NCBI GenBank assembly: GCA_041736175.1
Contig: JBGSUI010000034.1
Location: 1-26,156 of the forward strand
Source of the DNA: Oligoflexales bacterium
GTDB lineage: Bacteria; Bdellovibrionota_B; Oligoflexia; Oligoflexales; CAIYRB01
Direction of reading: 5' to 3'
DNA length: 26,156 bases
Part shown: piece after piece, positions 16,901-26,018 of the stretch
Position numbering within the stretch: position 1 is the stretch's first letter
Layout of the letters: each line of letters opens with the position of its first letter
Position numbers and translations under genes: made by a program
The notes under the pieces: generated by a model
What the model was told of the DNA's origin: nothing
The model's input: the letters and a program-made list of their open reading frames with translations, nothing else
Database searches by the model: none

Positions 16901-19504
16901 GCCGTCGAAACCTTTCCCATGAAGAGTACTAGTTGGTTAGTCAACGCTATAAAATATCATAGCGGCAAGCTCTATGTGGGCGGCCAGTTTGAAACCATGG
17001 GCGGCGTCCCTGGGACCCGTAACTTTGCAGTTTATGATTTTGGAAATAACTCCTGGTCAGCCTTCGGCAATGGGTTTAATAACCCCGTCTATGCTATCGA
17101 AGTCGATGCTTCAGGGGACCTGTACGTCGGGGGCGAGTTTAGTCATGCTGGTAACAAACGGGTCGACGGGATCGCTAAGTGGGCTAACGGCCAGTGGAAC
17201 GCACTGGGCCAAGGGCTTGGGAATGGGGGGTACTCAGGTGCTGTCTATGCGATCAAGTCATATCCGACAATCGGAATTTTTCCGGCAGGACTCTATATAG
17301 GCGGTGCTTTTGACGAGACGAGAGGGCCTTCTCCAGTCGAACTCAACAGTGTCGCCTTTTGGGATGGCTCTACCTTTTCTCCCCTAGCCCAGACGGGTGC
17401 TGATCCTGGTGTTGGCTTTATGGGGATGGTTTTCGCCCTCGAAAAGGAGGGGAACGACCTCTATGTGGGTGGTGTTGATTTTGACTTATCACAGGTGCCT
17501 TATCACGGTGCCCTGGCTAAATATAACCTGTCCACCAACACTTGGAGCGGTGTTTCCGATGGAGCCACCGTCCTTGAAGAGGGAACCGTCAACGCACTCA
17601 AACATGAATCTGGGCAACTCTATGTGGGTGGGGACTTTATCGATGCAAACTTTAACCCACTATTTGCAAATGGCGACTACCTTGTGCGTTTTGACCTGGG
17701 GTCACCAAATTGGGTAGCGATGGGTTCACCAGGAATTTTGGGGATTGATCCCCCTTCAGTCACTGCCCTTGAAGTGTTTAATGGTTACTTGTTTGTCGGG
17801 GGTAGCTTTACATCGGCCTATTCCTACCCGGCTTCGAACCTGGCTAAATATAATATTGCGTCGCCTGGTTGGAGTGGGTTCGCTGACGGAGCAGATGGGC
17901 AGGTATTTGGGTTTAGTGTAGACGGTTCTTCGAACCTTTATATTGGTGGACTTATGTCTACAGTCAATTCTCAGTTTTCTCCAGGTCTTGGAAAATATGC
18001 AGGAGGAAGTTTAACTCCCTTTGATACCAATCCTCCCCTCAACGGCAAAATCTATGATGCCGTAGCTATGCCTAACGGCGATATCTATGTAGCTGGAGAT
18101 TTTACGAGGATTGGCGGAGCCTCCGCTTCGCGGTTTGCTCGGTGGAATTTTAGCAGCAAAACCTGGGAAGCTGTCGGACTAAACGATATCGATGGTCCTG
18201 TCAATAGTCTTGCAAGAAAAGCTGGAAGTGACGAAATCTATCTAGGCGGTGGCTTCGGAAATGTTAACGGGACTGCTGCTAATGGGGTAGCTAGATACAA
18301 TACCTCCACGCCGGCTTGGAATAATTACACCACTGAAATTGGGAATGGAAACTCAGCAGTCATTTACGATATGGAGTTTTACCAAAATCAATATCTATTT
18401 ATAGCTGGCAGCATACCAGGGTCGGGATCGAATATGACCAAATGCGACACGTCCACCACCTGCCCGACCTGGTCGGCCATTACACCTCCCGCCGATTATA
18501 CGGGAACTCCGAACCAGATTGCTATCACAGGTGACGGAAAAGTCATCGTTGCCCGAACCAGTTATCCTCAACATCAAGGAATTCCAGTTTATGACGAATT
18601 AGCCTCTCCCCCTTGGAGTGCCATTGCAACCAATGTAGATGTAGACACCATCTACTCCCTTTGGGCAGGAGCGGATGTTTTTAATATAATCGTCGGCGGG
18701 TCTTTTGCAGAGATCGTCCCTAATAATCCCTCTCAACGGTCAGGACTCGGATATACCTTTGACGACAGTGGGACCGCCTCGTGGAAGTCCCTGTCGCCGA
18801 CGACTCCTACGTTACCGGAATACTCTAAACCAAATTCCATCGTCAAGGCCACCATTGCAGGGACCAATTATCTCCTCGTGGGTGGAGAGATCAGAGGCTC
18901 AAATCCCGAAGATGTTAAAGGCTTTGGAATCTTTAATCTTACGACACAAAAGTGGGACACCACTCTGAGCGTGGACGGAGAAATCAAAAAGATCATACCT
19001 GGACCCGCCGGGTCTCCCTATGAAAATAAATTTATCCTGGTAGGTATGTTTAACTCCATCGGCGGCCTCCCATCCTCAGGCATCGCTGTCGTCAAGCCTT
19101 CGTCCATTGGACTGGGTTCTGACAGAGGTGTGGCAGCAACCATCGACGGGGCTTATGGTGAGATCAACCTTCTTGTCACCCGCGAAACAGATGTTTCCCA
19201 TGAAGTCTACGATCCTATGGGCTCCTCCTGGAATCACACTGAGGGCTTAGGACCTGCAAGCATTAACGGTCCTGTGTCCCATCCAAACATTATGGTCCAC
19301 AACCAAGATGTCAGGCTGATGTGGGTCCAGGATGGAAATGTTTTGTTTCGAGCGAAGTTAGGTGGAAACTGGGAGTCTTTAGACCAAGAAGACCTTGGGG
19401 GCACCTTTGTGGAGCGCCTCTTTTTGGACAGATCCATGCACGATGGGATCGTTAAGATGATTTTTGGCGATATAAACTCCTACAAAGTCATGAGAGCAAA
19501 CTAA
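13901..19504 (+). CDS. Giant surface lipoprotein: Ala/Ser/Thr helical repeats, Pro and Gly-Thr linker, beta-propeller repeats
   Basis: Lipobox LTS-C33, about 500 aa of 24-27-aa amphipathic helices, a Cys-containing small domain, PLPPLPGMPPIPPP and (GT)n linker, and 14 LYVGGxF-type blades. Confidence 0.85.
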   Translation: MNTIQLKSKSDSQKNSIYQLILIGLSIAGLTSCLKSPFQNSQGNFSYRGVNQNLGPQPAATVSQTSGSAGTVALSIGTQMIARLETDLKAGGLSPDQASVVAAQARGEMQVEAGKVVISTLRETALWLELNTGLSLLQETTDLMGKMSGAVARGAVKSLASDSLKDLPASFKQNAVGLMASSVMGSMTVSPQKLSDNGIGSVAGTLMEALITSLPDAGFSGDMLLSGMSKVMEKAVGALDEAGLSAGSTGATVTSMTQTTLTKATEMTKGSSIAGSAIGFIASAAISGLSSTGVSAADSMSAVETVTKASVKSAVGLDSSVDLAKSIETLTNMTTKAMASVTLGTNVVAGLERLVTAATQAVAEATTKTSGDLFAKMTAGIVSGSVSAVDSVAEKSGKGAASLVQTMVNTTASTAAQAAPASMVVNMLSQVTTSAIKALNNSSLASNNSFKTEAVSGVIQGSVSALSKVSSQDSSMSSAGIQGISKAGTAAAATVTSNAADLSALTNQIMTTGIATMNTTMAGGDTTKLVSLASDMARGAASGMASSSGEDMSRRVNELAATAVTAMNTITTGTGTASSVLTSFASSMAGAISAGLAVGGQSSADITALNASLSTSIINSVVVFSPGIDTTALKTQVDSQAKAGADLAGTLAQGGVQNCNDVFNDNLNDGDFTTRLNGKLTGVFCKIDVAVTPCPKPRRLDQGDYFWAWTPPDLCELRAVPLASNTATTMSAATGVSTATGTTPLPPLPGMPPIPPPMDPGMYGTGTMVGTGIGTGFGTGTGTGIMAGFDLGPTDAHPKDAGEAFPDNVKGFYSEAHHTHWIMVPMSGGVSFKWSVDNQTWTEGATLPIAGHKEVALDYYTSPLGTQIVLAVVVSGKIDIYQGTVNSASIDITGPVGTLSGPYSKPTVAVTPSMVWVGGVRETGSTYQAEVKYATFPANPTLSFAAHIPVGPVQKQIHSVELLGHPNGDASLVINGDELTVHKNVAGAWSEQNDSNPEKFAVETFPMKSTSWLVNAIKYHSGKLYVGGQFETMGGVPGTRNFAVYDFGNNSWSAFGNGFNNPVYAIEVDASGDLYVGGEFSHAGNKRVDGIAKWANGQWNALGQGLGNGGYSGAVYAIKSYPTIGIFPAGLYIGGAFDETRGPSPVELNSVAFWDGSTFSPLAQTGADPGVGFMGMVFALEKEGNDLYVGGVDFDLSQVPYHGALAKYNLSTNTWSGVSDGATVLEEGTVNALKHESGQLYVGGDFIDANFNPLFANGDYLVRFDLGSPNWVAMGSPGILGIDPPSVTALEVFNGYLFVGGSFTSAYSYPASNLAKYNIASPGWSGFADGADGQVFGFSVDGSSNLYIGGLMSTVNSQFSPGLGKYAGGSLTPFDTNPPLNGKIYDAVAMPNGDIYVAGDFTRIGGASASRFARWNFSSKTWEAVGLNDIDGPVNSLARKAGSDEIYLGGGFGNVNGTAANGVARYNTSTPAWNNYTTEIGNGNSAVIYDMEFYQNQYLFIAGSIPGSGSNMTKCDTSTTCPTWSAITPPADYTGTPNQIAITGDGKVIVARTSYPQHQGIPVYDELASPPWSAIATNVDVDTIYSLWAGADVFNIIVGGSFAEIVPNNPSQRSGLGYTFDDSGTASWKSLSPTTPTLPEYSKPNSIVKATIAGTNYLLVGGEIRGSNPEDVKGFGIFNLTTQKWDTTLSVDGEIKKIIPGPAGSPYENKFILVGMFNSIGGLPSSGIAVVKPSSIGLGSDRGVAATIDGAYGEINLLVTRETDVSHEVYDPMGSSWNHTEGLGPASINGPVSHPNIMVHNQDVRLMWVQDGNVLFRAKLGGNWESLDQEDLGGTFVERLFLDRSMHDGIVKMIFGDINSYKVMRAN

Positions 19505-19513
19505 AGTCTTGCA

Positions 19514-19828
19514 TCAGGGATGGCGCTCTAGCCATTCCTTCATCAGCCGCTTGATCATCGTCTGATAAGGCACGCCAATATGCTGGCATCTAAATCTAAA
19601 AGCCTCAAGGAGTGGAATAGGAACCTTGAGGCTGATCAGCTTCAGCGGTAGCTGTGCCCGAGGATCAGAGAGCTGCTGGAACATCTCCAAAAATTGGATG
19701 ATCGGAGTCACGTCTTCGAGATCACTCAAGTCTGATTCCGGAGTTTTGCTTAGTTGCAGTGCTTTGGGGGTGGGGGCTGGTTTTTGATGTGATTTTTTAG
19801 GGGGCGCTCGCCTAGTTTTTTTTTTCAC
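19514..19828 (-). CDS. CopG/BrnA-like ribbon-helix-helix protein (putative antitoxin)
   Basis: C-terminal KLISLKVP..LLE.F...C...GVPYQTMIK.LM. The GTG at 19828 has GAGGT upstream; the track start is 19852. Confidence 0.75.
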   Translation of the reverse strand: MKKKTRRAPPKKSHQKPAPTPKALQLSKTPESDLSDLEDVTPIIQFLEMFQQLSDPRAQLPLKLISLKVPIPLLEAFRFRCQHIGVPYQTMIKRLMKEWLERHP

Positions 19829-20291
19829 GGAGGACCTCGAGATTTTTGACATCCTCCATGTCTTGGGGACGTCCGCTGGAGCGTTTCATTTGGATCAGGT
19901 TTTCCAGTGCTAGGACATGGACCTTTCCTAGCAGATAGCGTTTTGTGACGGTCTTTTGTGTGGCAAGATCGAGGGTGATAATGATATCCACGACCTCTAT
20001 AGGGTTGGCTGGATTGATAAAAGACCAGGCAATCAAATTGCGACGTTTGATATACTCCTCTCTAAACTTAAAGACTTCACTTGCCGTGACTGGTAAGCGA
20101 GGCTGCAGACCTAAAGCACGAAGTGTTTTTTCGCAGCGGACAAAATCATCTTCGGTGTGGCGGATGATAAAGTCCACATCGATGGTACCCCTTGGGGTCC
20201 CATGCAAGGCTACGGCAAAACCGCCTACCAGGGCATACCGAACCCCTTCGCGATCAAAAGCTTGGGTAAGGCGTTCCATAAAAGTGGTCAT
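19812..20291 (-). CDS. Nucleotidyltransferase-superfamily protein (DUF6036/AbiEii-like)
   Basis: Y.LVGG.AV..HG.PR.T.D.D signature and C-terminal LI.MK...GRPQD..D. Confidence 0.85.
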   Translation of the reverse strand: MTTFMERLTQAFDREGVRYALVGGFAVALHGTPRGTIDVDFIIRHTEDDFVRCEKTLRALGLQPRLPVTASEVFKFREEYIKRRNLIAWSFINPANPIEVVDIIITLDLATQKTVTKRYLLGKVHVLALENLIQMKRSSGRPQDMEDVKNLEVLREKKN

Positions 20292-20339
20292 AGATCGTCC
20301 ATGAGCAAAAAAATACCAAAATGAGAGTCCGCGACCATA

Positions 20340-20357
20340 GTATATACCGGTATATAC
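20340..20357. promoter_or_regulatory. Perfect 18-bp palindrome, putative RHH operator
   Basis: GTATATACCGGTATATAC lies 48 nt upstream of the NTase start and overlaps a minus-strand TATACT -10-like hexamer. Confidence 0.6.
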
Positions 20358-20383
20358 CAGAGTCCTAGACTATAATCATCCCA

Positions 20384-21460
20384 TTAGGGCTCCCATTGGT
20401 ATTGGTCATAGGCGTCTTCGGGGTCCAAGTCCAAATCTTTAAGGCTAGGTTTAGTCCCGGTTGAGCTGTTAGACGTGCTTGAAGGAGCCGTCGTGATCGC
20501 TTTTTTGATCGTAAGGGTCTGAATCGTGTCCAGGTCGTCAATTTTGCTTGGGTCCTTAATGACTTTATAGAGACTTGGATCCGTCTTGGCGATATCAGCC
20601 AGGGTGGTTGCGACGGCTTTTTTTTCTAGATTCTCCAGCTCAGCGGCTTCTTTTGCGAGATCCTCGGTTCCGGATTTTTTGGGAGTCCTAGGAACCGTCG
20701 AGGATTTTTGGATCGTCACCAGCTCTTCTTGGTTGGTTTGTTGGACTACGAGTTTTGGTTTGGTTGGGTCTGTGGATGCCTTGGTCTCTACGGTGAGGGT
20801 TTGGCCGGCGGCCACCTCAACCGGTGCTTGGTACTTCGGGGATGTAGACGGTGCTGGCGCTGGCGATCCTGGAGAACTCGGCTGGTCCTGACGCTCCGAA
20901 ACAGCGACCTTTCCCCTCAACACCGACACCCGAGAGCCCCCTTGGGTGCTCCAGGAGGCCACATGAAAATCGGTCCCCCGCACCCCCATGACCGTGGTGT
21001 TGGTTTTGACTTCGAGATTTTCCCGTGGCCCCCCCTTGTTGATGATTGCCCGGATTTGCCCCGAAAAAACATTAAAAAGAGGTTTACTTTCCTTGCCAGA
21101 GACCTTGGTGTTTTCGTAGGTGGTGCCTGGGGCGACCGTCACCTGATCGCCGTTAGGAAAGATTAGGCGTACCTTGCCATCAGCTCCGGTTTGGACGATC
21201 GATCCAGGGGTGATCTTTTTCCCCGCCTTGATGGGACTCAACCCGTACCTCACACCGTTGAGTTGGACCTGGGATCCTCCATCCTTGGCAGCTTCGGATT
21301 CTGAGGGCGTGAGCAATGTTGCTTCTCCTTCCTTTCGAGTCACGACGGCTGTCGTGGGGTCTCCTTGTCCCCAGGCACTCGGTAGACCCAAGATGATTCC
21401 GCTCAATAACATAAGAATCCCCTGCCACAGGGGGGAGGGACTTAGAGTTTTACGGCTCAT
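20384..21460 (-). CDS. Exported FecR-domain protein
   Basis: Signal peptide (AWG-Q), V.TG.DG.V.L.F..G, VKT...VMGVRGTDF.V and VSVLRGKVAV. Confidence 0.85.
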   Translation of the reverse strand: MSRKTLSPSPLWQGILMLLSGIILGLPSAWGQGDPTTAVVTRKEGEATLLTPSESEAAKDGGSQVQLNGVRYGLSPIKAGKKITPGSIVQTGADGKVRLIFPNGDQVTVAPGTTYENTKVSGKESKPLFNVFSGQIRAIINKGGPRENLEVKTNTTVMGVRGTDFHVASWSTQGGSRVSVLRGKVAVSERQDQPSSPGSPAPAPSTSPKYQAPVEVAAGQTLTVETKASTDPTKPKLVVQQTNQEELVTIQKSSTVPRTPKKSGTEDLAKEAAELENLEKKAVATTLADIAKTDPSLYKVIKDPSKIDDLDTIQTLTIKKAITTAPSSTSNSSTGTKPSLKDLDLDPEDAYDQYQWEP

Positions 21461-21589
21461 AGGTGATTCTTTCTTTTTTTCAGATTTTCAGTGTTTAGAG
21501 ATCAGTTTAGTGGAATAATCTTTTTGATTCAATTGTAAACGGAATGATGACCAGTCTTTAGGTCCTCTAGAATCTACAGGAGACCCTTT

Positions 21590-22426
21590 ATGGAAAGAAC
21601 TCTTTTGATGGTAGCGTTGATGGCCGCCTTATCAACCTCGCTCCCAGCCTATGGGGATACACCCAAGTCCTCATCCCAGCCCAAAGGGGCCCTTTCGAAT
21701 GCAGAAAAAAATTCCGAGACCTCCCGCAGCCGCAACCCCTCGGTGCTTGAATTTGACTACCCAGAACTTCTGGTCTCTCCTCCCGCGTCCCAACGGATTA
21801 AGATGGAGTCCCAGAGGGAAAAAAAGAACGGAGCCCTGTTGGAGTGGATTCCTATCCAGCTAGGTGCCGTCGCCAGCATCGCAAGCGGATTTGGGGCGAT
21901 GCGCGACCAGGGTAAAACATCCACGGCCACTGAGAATTATCGGGATTCTGTCCAATTTGCGGGTCAGGTCGCTGTCCTCAACGGGCTGGGTTGGACCATT
22001 GCCACCGCAGCCCTTTCGGTGATGCAAACTCCCTACCAAACAGGCTGGAGTGGGATTCAAAAACTCCCCCAAGGCTCTAAGCAAGATCGCCTCACTAGAG
22101 AACGTCTGGCAGAAGAGTCCCTTGAGGCCCCATCCCGGCTGGCCAAAAGACTCAGCTACGTGGCCCTCGGCACCAATAGCTTTGCGGCGGGATTGATCCT
22201 GCGCAGTGCCCATGATCCCCTGACAAAAGTGCTCGCCGCCTCCCAGGTCCTACTGGCCGCGACTCCTTTTATCTTTCCCTCCCACTGGCAAGAGGTTTAT
22301 GAGCAGCATTTAGAATACAAAAAAAGAATCTATGGCCCCATCGCCCAGATCTCTTTAATCCACCCGAGTCACGATCTCCTTGGGGTCAGGGCTGGCCCCG
22401 GCATCAACTTAACATGGAATTTTTAG
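21590..22426 (+). CDS. Hypothetical exported/membrane protein
   Basis: AGGAG RBS, signal peptide, about four hydrophobic segments, and a terminal GINLTWNF strand. Confidence 0.8.
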   Translation: MERTLLMVALMAALSTSLPAYGDTPKSSSQPKGALSNAEKNSETSRSRNPSVLEFDYPELLVSPPASQRIKMESQREKKNGALLEWIPIQLGAVASIASGFGAMRDQGKTSTATENYRDSVQFAGQVAVLNGLGWTIATAALSVMQTPYQTGWSGIQKLPQGSKQDRLTRERLAEESLEAPSRLAKRLSYVALGTNSFAAGLILRSAHDPLTKVLAASQVLLAATPFIFPSHWQEVYEQHLEYKKRIYGPIAQISLIHPSHDLLGVRAGPGINLTWNF

Positions 22427-23334
22427 GACCGCGGACCTGGAGTCACCCCTGTCATCTGGCCTACGGTTTTTTCGGCCAACTCCATGGCAAACCTCACTCC
22501 TTGGCTACGGTCGAGTCCCATGCCCTTCGGGGCCACGGCAAACCCATAGGCCTCTATAAAGTTAAACGTTGCATAGGGACTGATCGCCGCAAGGCGCTGG
22601 GCCATGGTCAGAGCGTCCCGTGTGGTGAGGTGGGGCCCTTCGTTGTTGGTTAAAAAAGTGTAGGCTTCGATAAAGGACTCGGAGGTCCCTGGCAGATCGC
22701 AGTCGACCAAGGGAGGCGCACTCACCAAAATCGAGGTGACCAGCTCGGCGCATTGGGGGCGTGAGAGGTCAAGCCCCTTATGGCGAACGCAAAATCCCAC
22801 AAGTTCTTCAAACTCATCAGCCAGGGCCTCTGGAGGCTGGCGAACGCTTTTCAAAAGACGTTGGGCTAGGGCGATCGATGCAGGAGGAGCTAAGTCTAGA
22901 CCCGATGGCACAAAGGAATGTCTAAACAGATCCCTAAAGGCTTCGGTGCGGGCTCCATCTTCATGGGCATACTCCTCGCCGACGAGAAGGGCACTTCTTC
23001 CGTCGACACCGGCTTTAAGGAGGAGTTCTGTCACCATAATAAATCTTCCTGCTGCTCCGTGGCATCCTCCCGAGACTTCGGTGGCAACGGCGCGCATATC
23101 CTGGTCGGCTAAACCAAGGACTTTCTTGTGACGCAGGTAGGTGATGGTCGTTAAAAACTCTTCTGTCGCATCACAGTTAAAAACCTTTTTGGGCTGTCCT
23201 AGATCCTCAGATTCCATCACGGGATCCTCCGACTCCCCCAGGAGCCTTCCATGGCAACCCGCCAGCCCTAAACTCCAAAAGCATCCACCGACTATAACCA
23301 TCAGAAGGGGCCTAAAACTTTTCCAGCAGACCAT
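22423..23334 (-). CDS. Hypothetical lipoprotein with internal helical repeats
   Basis: Lipobox LAG-C and a recurring G.(D/G/H)L....A...A..L unit. Confidence 0.75.
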   Translation of the reverse strand: MVCWKSFRPLLMVIVGGCFWSLGLAGCHGRLLGESEDPVMESEDLGQPKKVFNCDATEEFLTTITYLRHKKVLGLADQDMRAVATEVSGGCHGAAGRFIMVTELLLKAGVDGRSALLVGEEYAHEDGARTEAFRDLFRHSFVPSGLDLAPPASIALAQRLLKSVRQPPEALADEFEELVGFCVRHKGLDLSRPQCAELVTSILVSAPPLVDCDLPGTSESFIEAYTFLTNNEGPHLTTRDALTMAQRLAAISPYATFNFIEAYGFAVAPKGMGLDRSQGVRFAMELAEKTVGQMTGVTPGPRS

Positions 23335-23696
23335 AAACTTACCCTTTTGTGACTAGGCTTTTTATCTGCATCCATCCTAACATTCCCACGGGTCACAAGT
23401 CGACGGGCCCAGCTAACCATGAATGATCACTTTGGATTCCAACCATAAACCTTCTGAAAACTTGGAAACACTTGAAAAATAATCTAAAAATTTGTATTTT
23501 ATGATTGAAATCAGGGGAGAACCAAAATTATGTGGGATGATTAAGGCGAAATTTGTTATCCCTGACTGCAAGTAGTAAAAATCTATTTTTAGGCCAGCTT
23601 GTAGTTCATGATAACGCTGAGGATTCCTGATAATATTCCATTGTTTGAAATTATATGTATAAACAAAGTTTTAGTTCATTTCTAGGACAATTGAAC

Positions 23697-23723
23697 TAAA
23701 CTCTGCCCCCGATCAGACGATAG
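23697..23723 (+). promoter_or_regulatory. Possible sigma-28-like promoter for the M48 peptidase
   Basis: TAAA-N15-GACGATAG versus the consensus TAAA-N15-GCCGATAA. Confidence 0.4.
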
Positions 23724-23817
23724 GGGGAATAAGATCTCGATTGCCGAAAGTAAACAAATTTATTTTCTGTGAGTGTTTCTATATTTCTAGTTCCTTAAAC
23801 ATTAAGGATCCATCATC

Positions 23818-25083
23818 ATGCAAATGAGACAACGATTTAACAAAGTGTGTACTCTACTTCTACTTGTCTCAAGCTCAGGCTGCAAAACAGTTCGCACTTC
23901 AAATGTCGCTGGTACATCAGCCAACGAAATCAGCCCGACATATGATGTGCTCTATCGGAGAAACTTCGATTTTCCCGTACACCTACTTAGTTTGGTGCCA
24001 CCTCAGGTCAATGCACCAGAAGACGAGGAATTTGCTCAAAAACTTCAGACAATGGTAGACAAAATATATCCTATATTGAGAGAGAAGGTTAAGTCACAGA
24101 TCAAATTTCCTGCACCCAAAGTTATTATCGATCGAAAAAAGCCCTTTAATGCGCAAATGAGGGATGTTCGAGCTCAAATCCCACTGGCTATTGAGTTTGA
24201 GAATCCGCCATCAGCGACCCTAAAGCGGGGAAAAACAGTGTCCCTTGGAACTTGGGAAGTAGACGATGAAGAGACTGAATCCATTGAACTCATACTTTCC
24301 CCATCCCAGAAGCGTGAGATCATGGACTGGCTTATAAGGTCCCATCGCGAGTGTCTCACTGTATTGGGGAGTGGGTTACGACTTACCAAGCAATGCCTAG
24401 AGGGTAAGAAGAAAGCGGCGACCTATAGTGGAGCTGAAGCCCTTATGCTGAAGTTTCCAACCAATGAAATTCTTATGAGTCATGACTATAAAAAGCTTGA
24501 CGATAGGACCATGGGATTTATGCTTGCCCATGAATTAGGTCACTTTATTCAGCGCCACCATTTTCCTGCTGAAGAAAGAATGGCTATTTCTTATCCATAC
24601 GAAGCCAATGAAAGGGCCTTCAATAGAATTACCCCACCCGTCGGCCTATCATTTGGAAACGAAAAGCTTATCAACCTCTATAATAGCTGGGAAGCATGTG
24701 AAGACAAGGATTGCCCTACAATACTCAATAAACTTATGGAACAAAAAATCTATCGCTACTCTAAGGAATGCGAAGCGGATGACTTTGCGCTCATTTTTGC
24801 AGTCAGCCAAGGGATGAGTCGCGAGCTGGCATCAAGCTGGCCACTTCAGTTTGTACGTTACATCCAGTCAGAGACAAACGGCAAATGGCCGCCCAAAACT
24901 CGCGGTGTGCCGGATAAACCCACCATCTCAGAATGCCAAGCAGATTTAAGTTCTGGATTTAAAAACGGCGCTCCGCCTTTCGGAGGCCCTAATGATGCCC
25001 ATAACGAACCATGCTTTAGGGCTTATAGGTTTTTTCAGGTGTTTCCAAGTTTTCAGAAGGCTTATGGCTCGAATCCAAAGTGA
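23818..25083 (+). CDS. M48-like zinc metallopeptidase, probable lipoprotein
   Basis: PFNA, LAHELGH (HExxH), ECEADDFA (third ligand E..AD), a late His, and N-terminal LLLLVSSSG-C. Confidence 0.8.
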   Translation: MQMRQRFNKVCTLLLLVSSSGCKTVRTSNVAGTSANEISPTYDVLYRRNFDFPVHLLSLVPPQVNAPEDEEFAQKLQTMVDKIYPILREKVKSQIKFPAPKVIIDRKKPFNAQMRDVRAQIPLAIEFENPPSATLKRGKTVSLGTWEVDDEETESIELILSPSQKREIMDWLIRSHRECLTVLGSGLRLTKQCLEGKKKAATYSGAEALMLKFPTNEILMSHDYKKLDDRTMGFMLAHELGHFIQRHHFPAEERMAISYPYEANERAFNRITPPVGLSFGNEKLINLYNSWEACEDKDCPTILNKLMEQKIYRYSKECEADDFALIFAVSQGMSRELASSWPLQFVRYIQSETNGKWPPKTRGVPDKPTISECQADLSSGFKNGAPPFGGPNDAHNEPCFRAYRFFQVFPSFQKAYGSNPK

Positions 25084-25298
25084 TCGTTGATATATATACC
25101 CTCAGCACAAACGCTTCTACACTCCCCGTCGCTAACGGCAGCACGGGAGGCACCTAATGGCAACTTTGATAAGCTAGGACTTTGGGTTCGCTAAGGGTCT
25201 GGCGCGCCTTGTCGGAGAGCTTCCCGACAGGCATGCAAGCAGTAAAAATCGATCTCAAAAGCACGAGTTTTTTTCGGCGGAACCTCATGGACCACTAG

Positions 25299-26018
25299 CT
25301 AAACCCGCACCATGGCAGAGAGGTTTCTTTGATTGTTAAACTTGATTCCAAGGGCGAGCGCTAAAGCGCTAAAGATATCCCGTTCGGACATTTTTTTGTC
25401 CCGCAGCGGTTCACCCGTGGCACCATCAAATCCAAAAGTCAGCCCAGTGGCGGGATCGATGCCCCCATAGATACGTCCGCCCTTGAGGAGGGGCGAAATC
25501 ATCACCACGCCGTTGTTGAGATGATGACCACTGCCGCCCGTGGCCACCTTGTCCCGGCCAAACTCCGTGGCCAAGTAGATCATAGAACGGTCCCACATTT
25601 TGGAGCCGTTGTTAGCCAGTGGATCGTCGGTGGCCTTAAGCAGATCGATCAGACTGTCGGTCCCTTTCAGGACGTAGCTCCACATGGAGTTTTGGGCACC
25701 TCGGTGGTCCACGTGGGACCAGTCAAAGGCGATGGGAGCGTTGGGAGTTCCCTGGGCGGTGATCAACGAAGCCTGGTTTGGGGCGATGGTGACGGCGAGG
25801 GATAGCTGATTTTTCACGGCTAAAAACCCCAAAGCCAGACGGGCTTCGAAGGGATCCGTAGCCATATTAGGAAACTTGGCCCGGACCAGCTCAAAATCCG
25901 GAGAGGTTTGCAGACCAAAGCTCTGGAGGTTTTGGGTGGCAGGATCCCGGAGCATCATCTTGGTGATCGTGTCGCCCTTTTCCAAGAGACTCACCACCCG
26001 TGCCCGGTTTTCCATATA
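25299..26018 (-). pseudogene. DUF1501-like protein, C-terminal fragment, interrupted by an IS630-family element
   Basis: FDWSH..H, IY.ATEFGR, G.GH and GG.IYG motifs are present. There is no RBS, an in-frame stop lies 7 codons upstream, and AT-rich IS sequence abuts at a TATATA run. Confidence 0.7.

Noticed and set aside
25120..25235. Two imperfect hairpins between convergent genes
   Set aside because: There are no U-tails or recognisable ncRNA motif, so support is insufficient.
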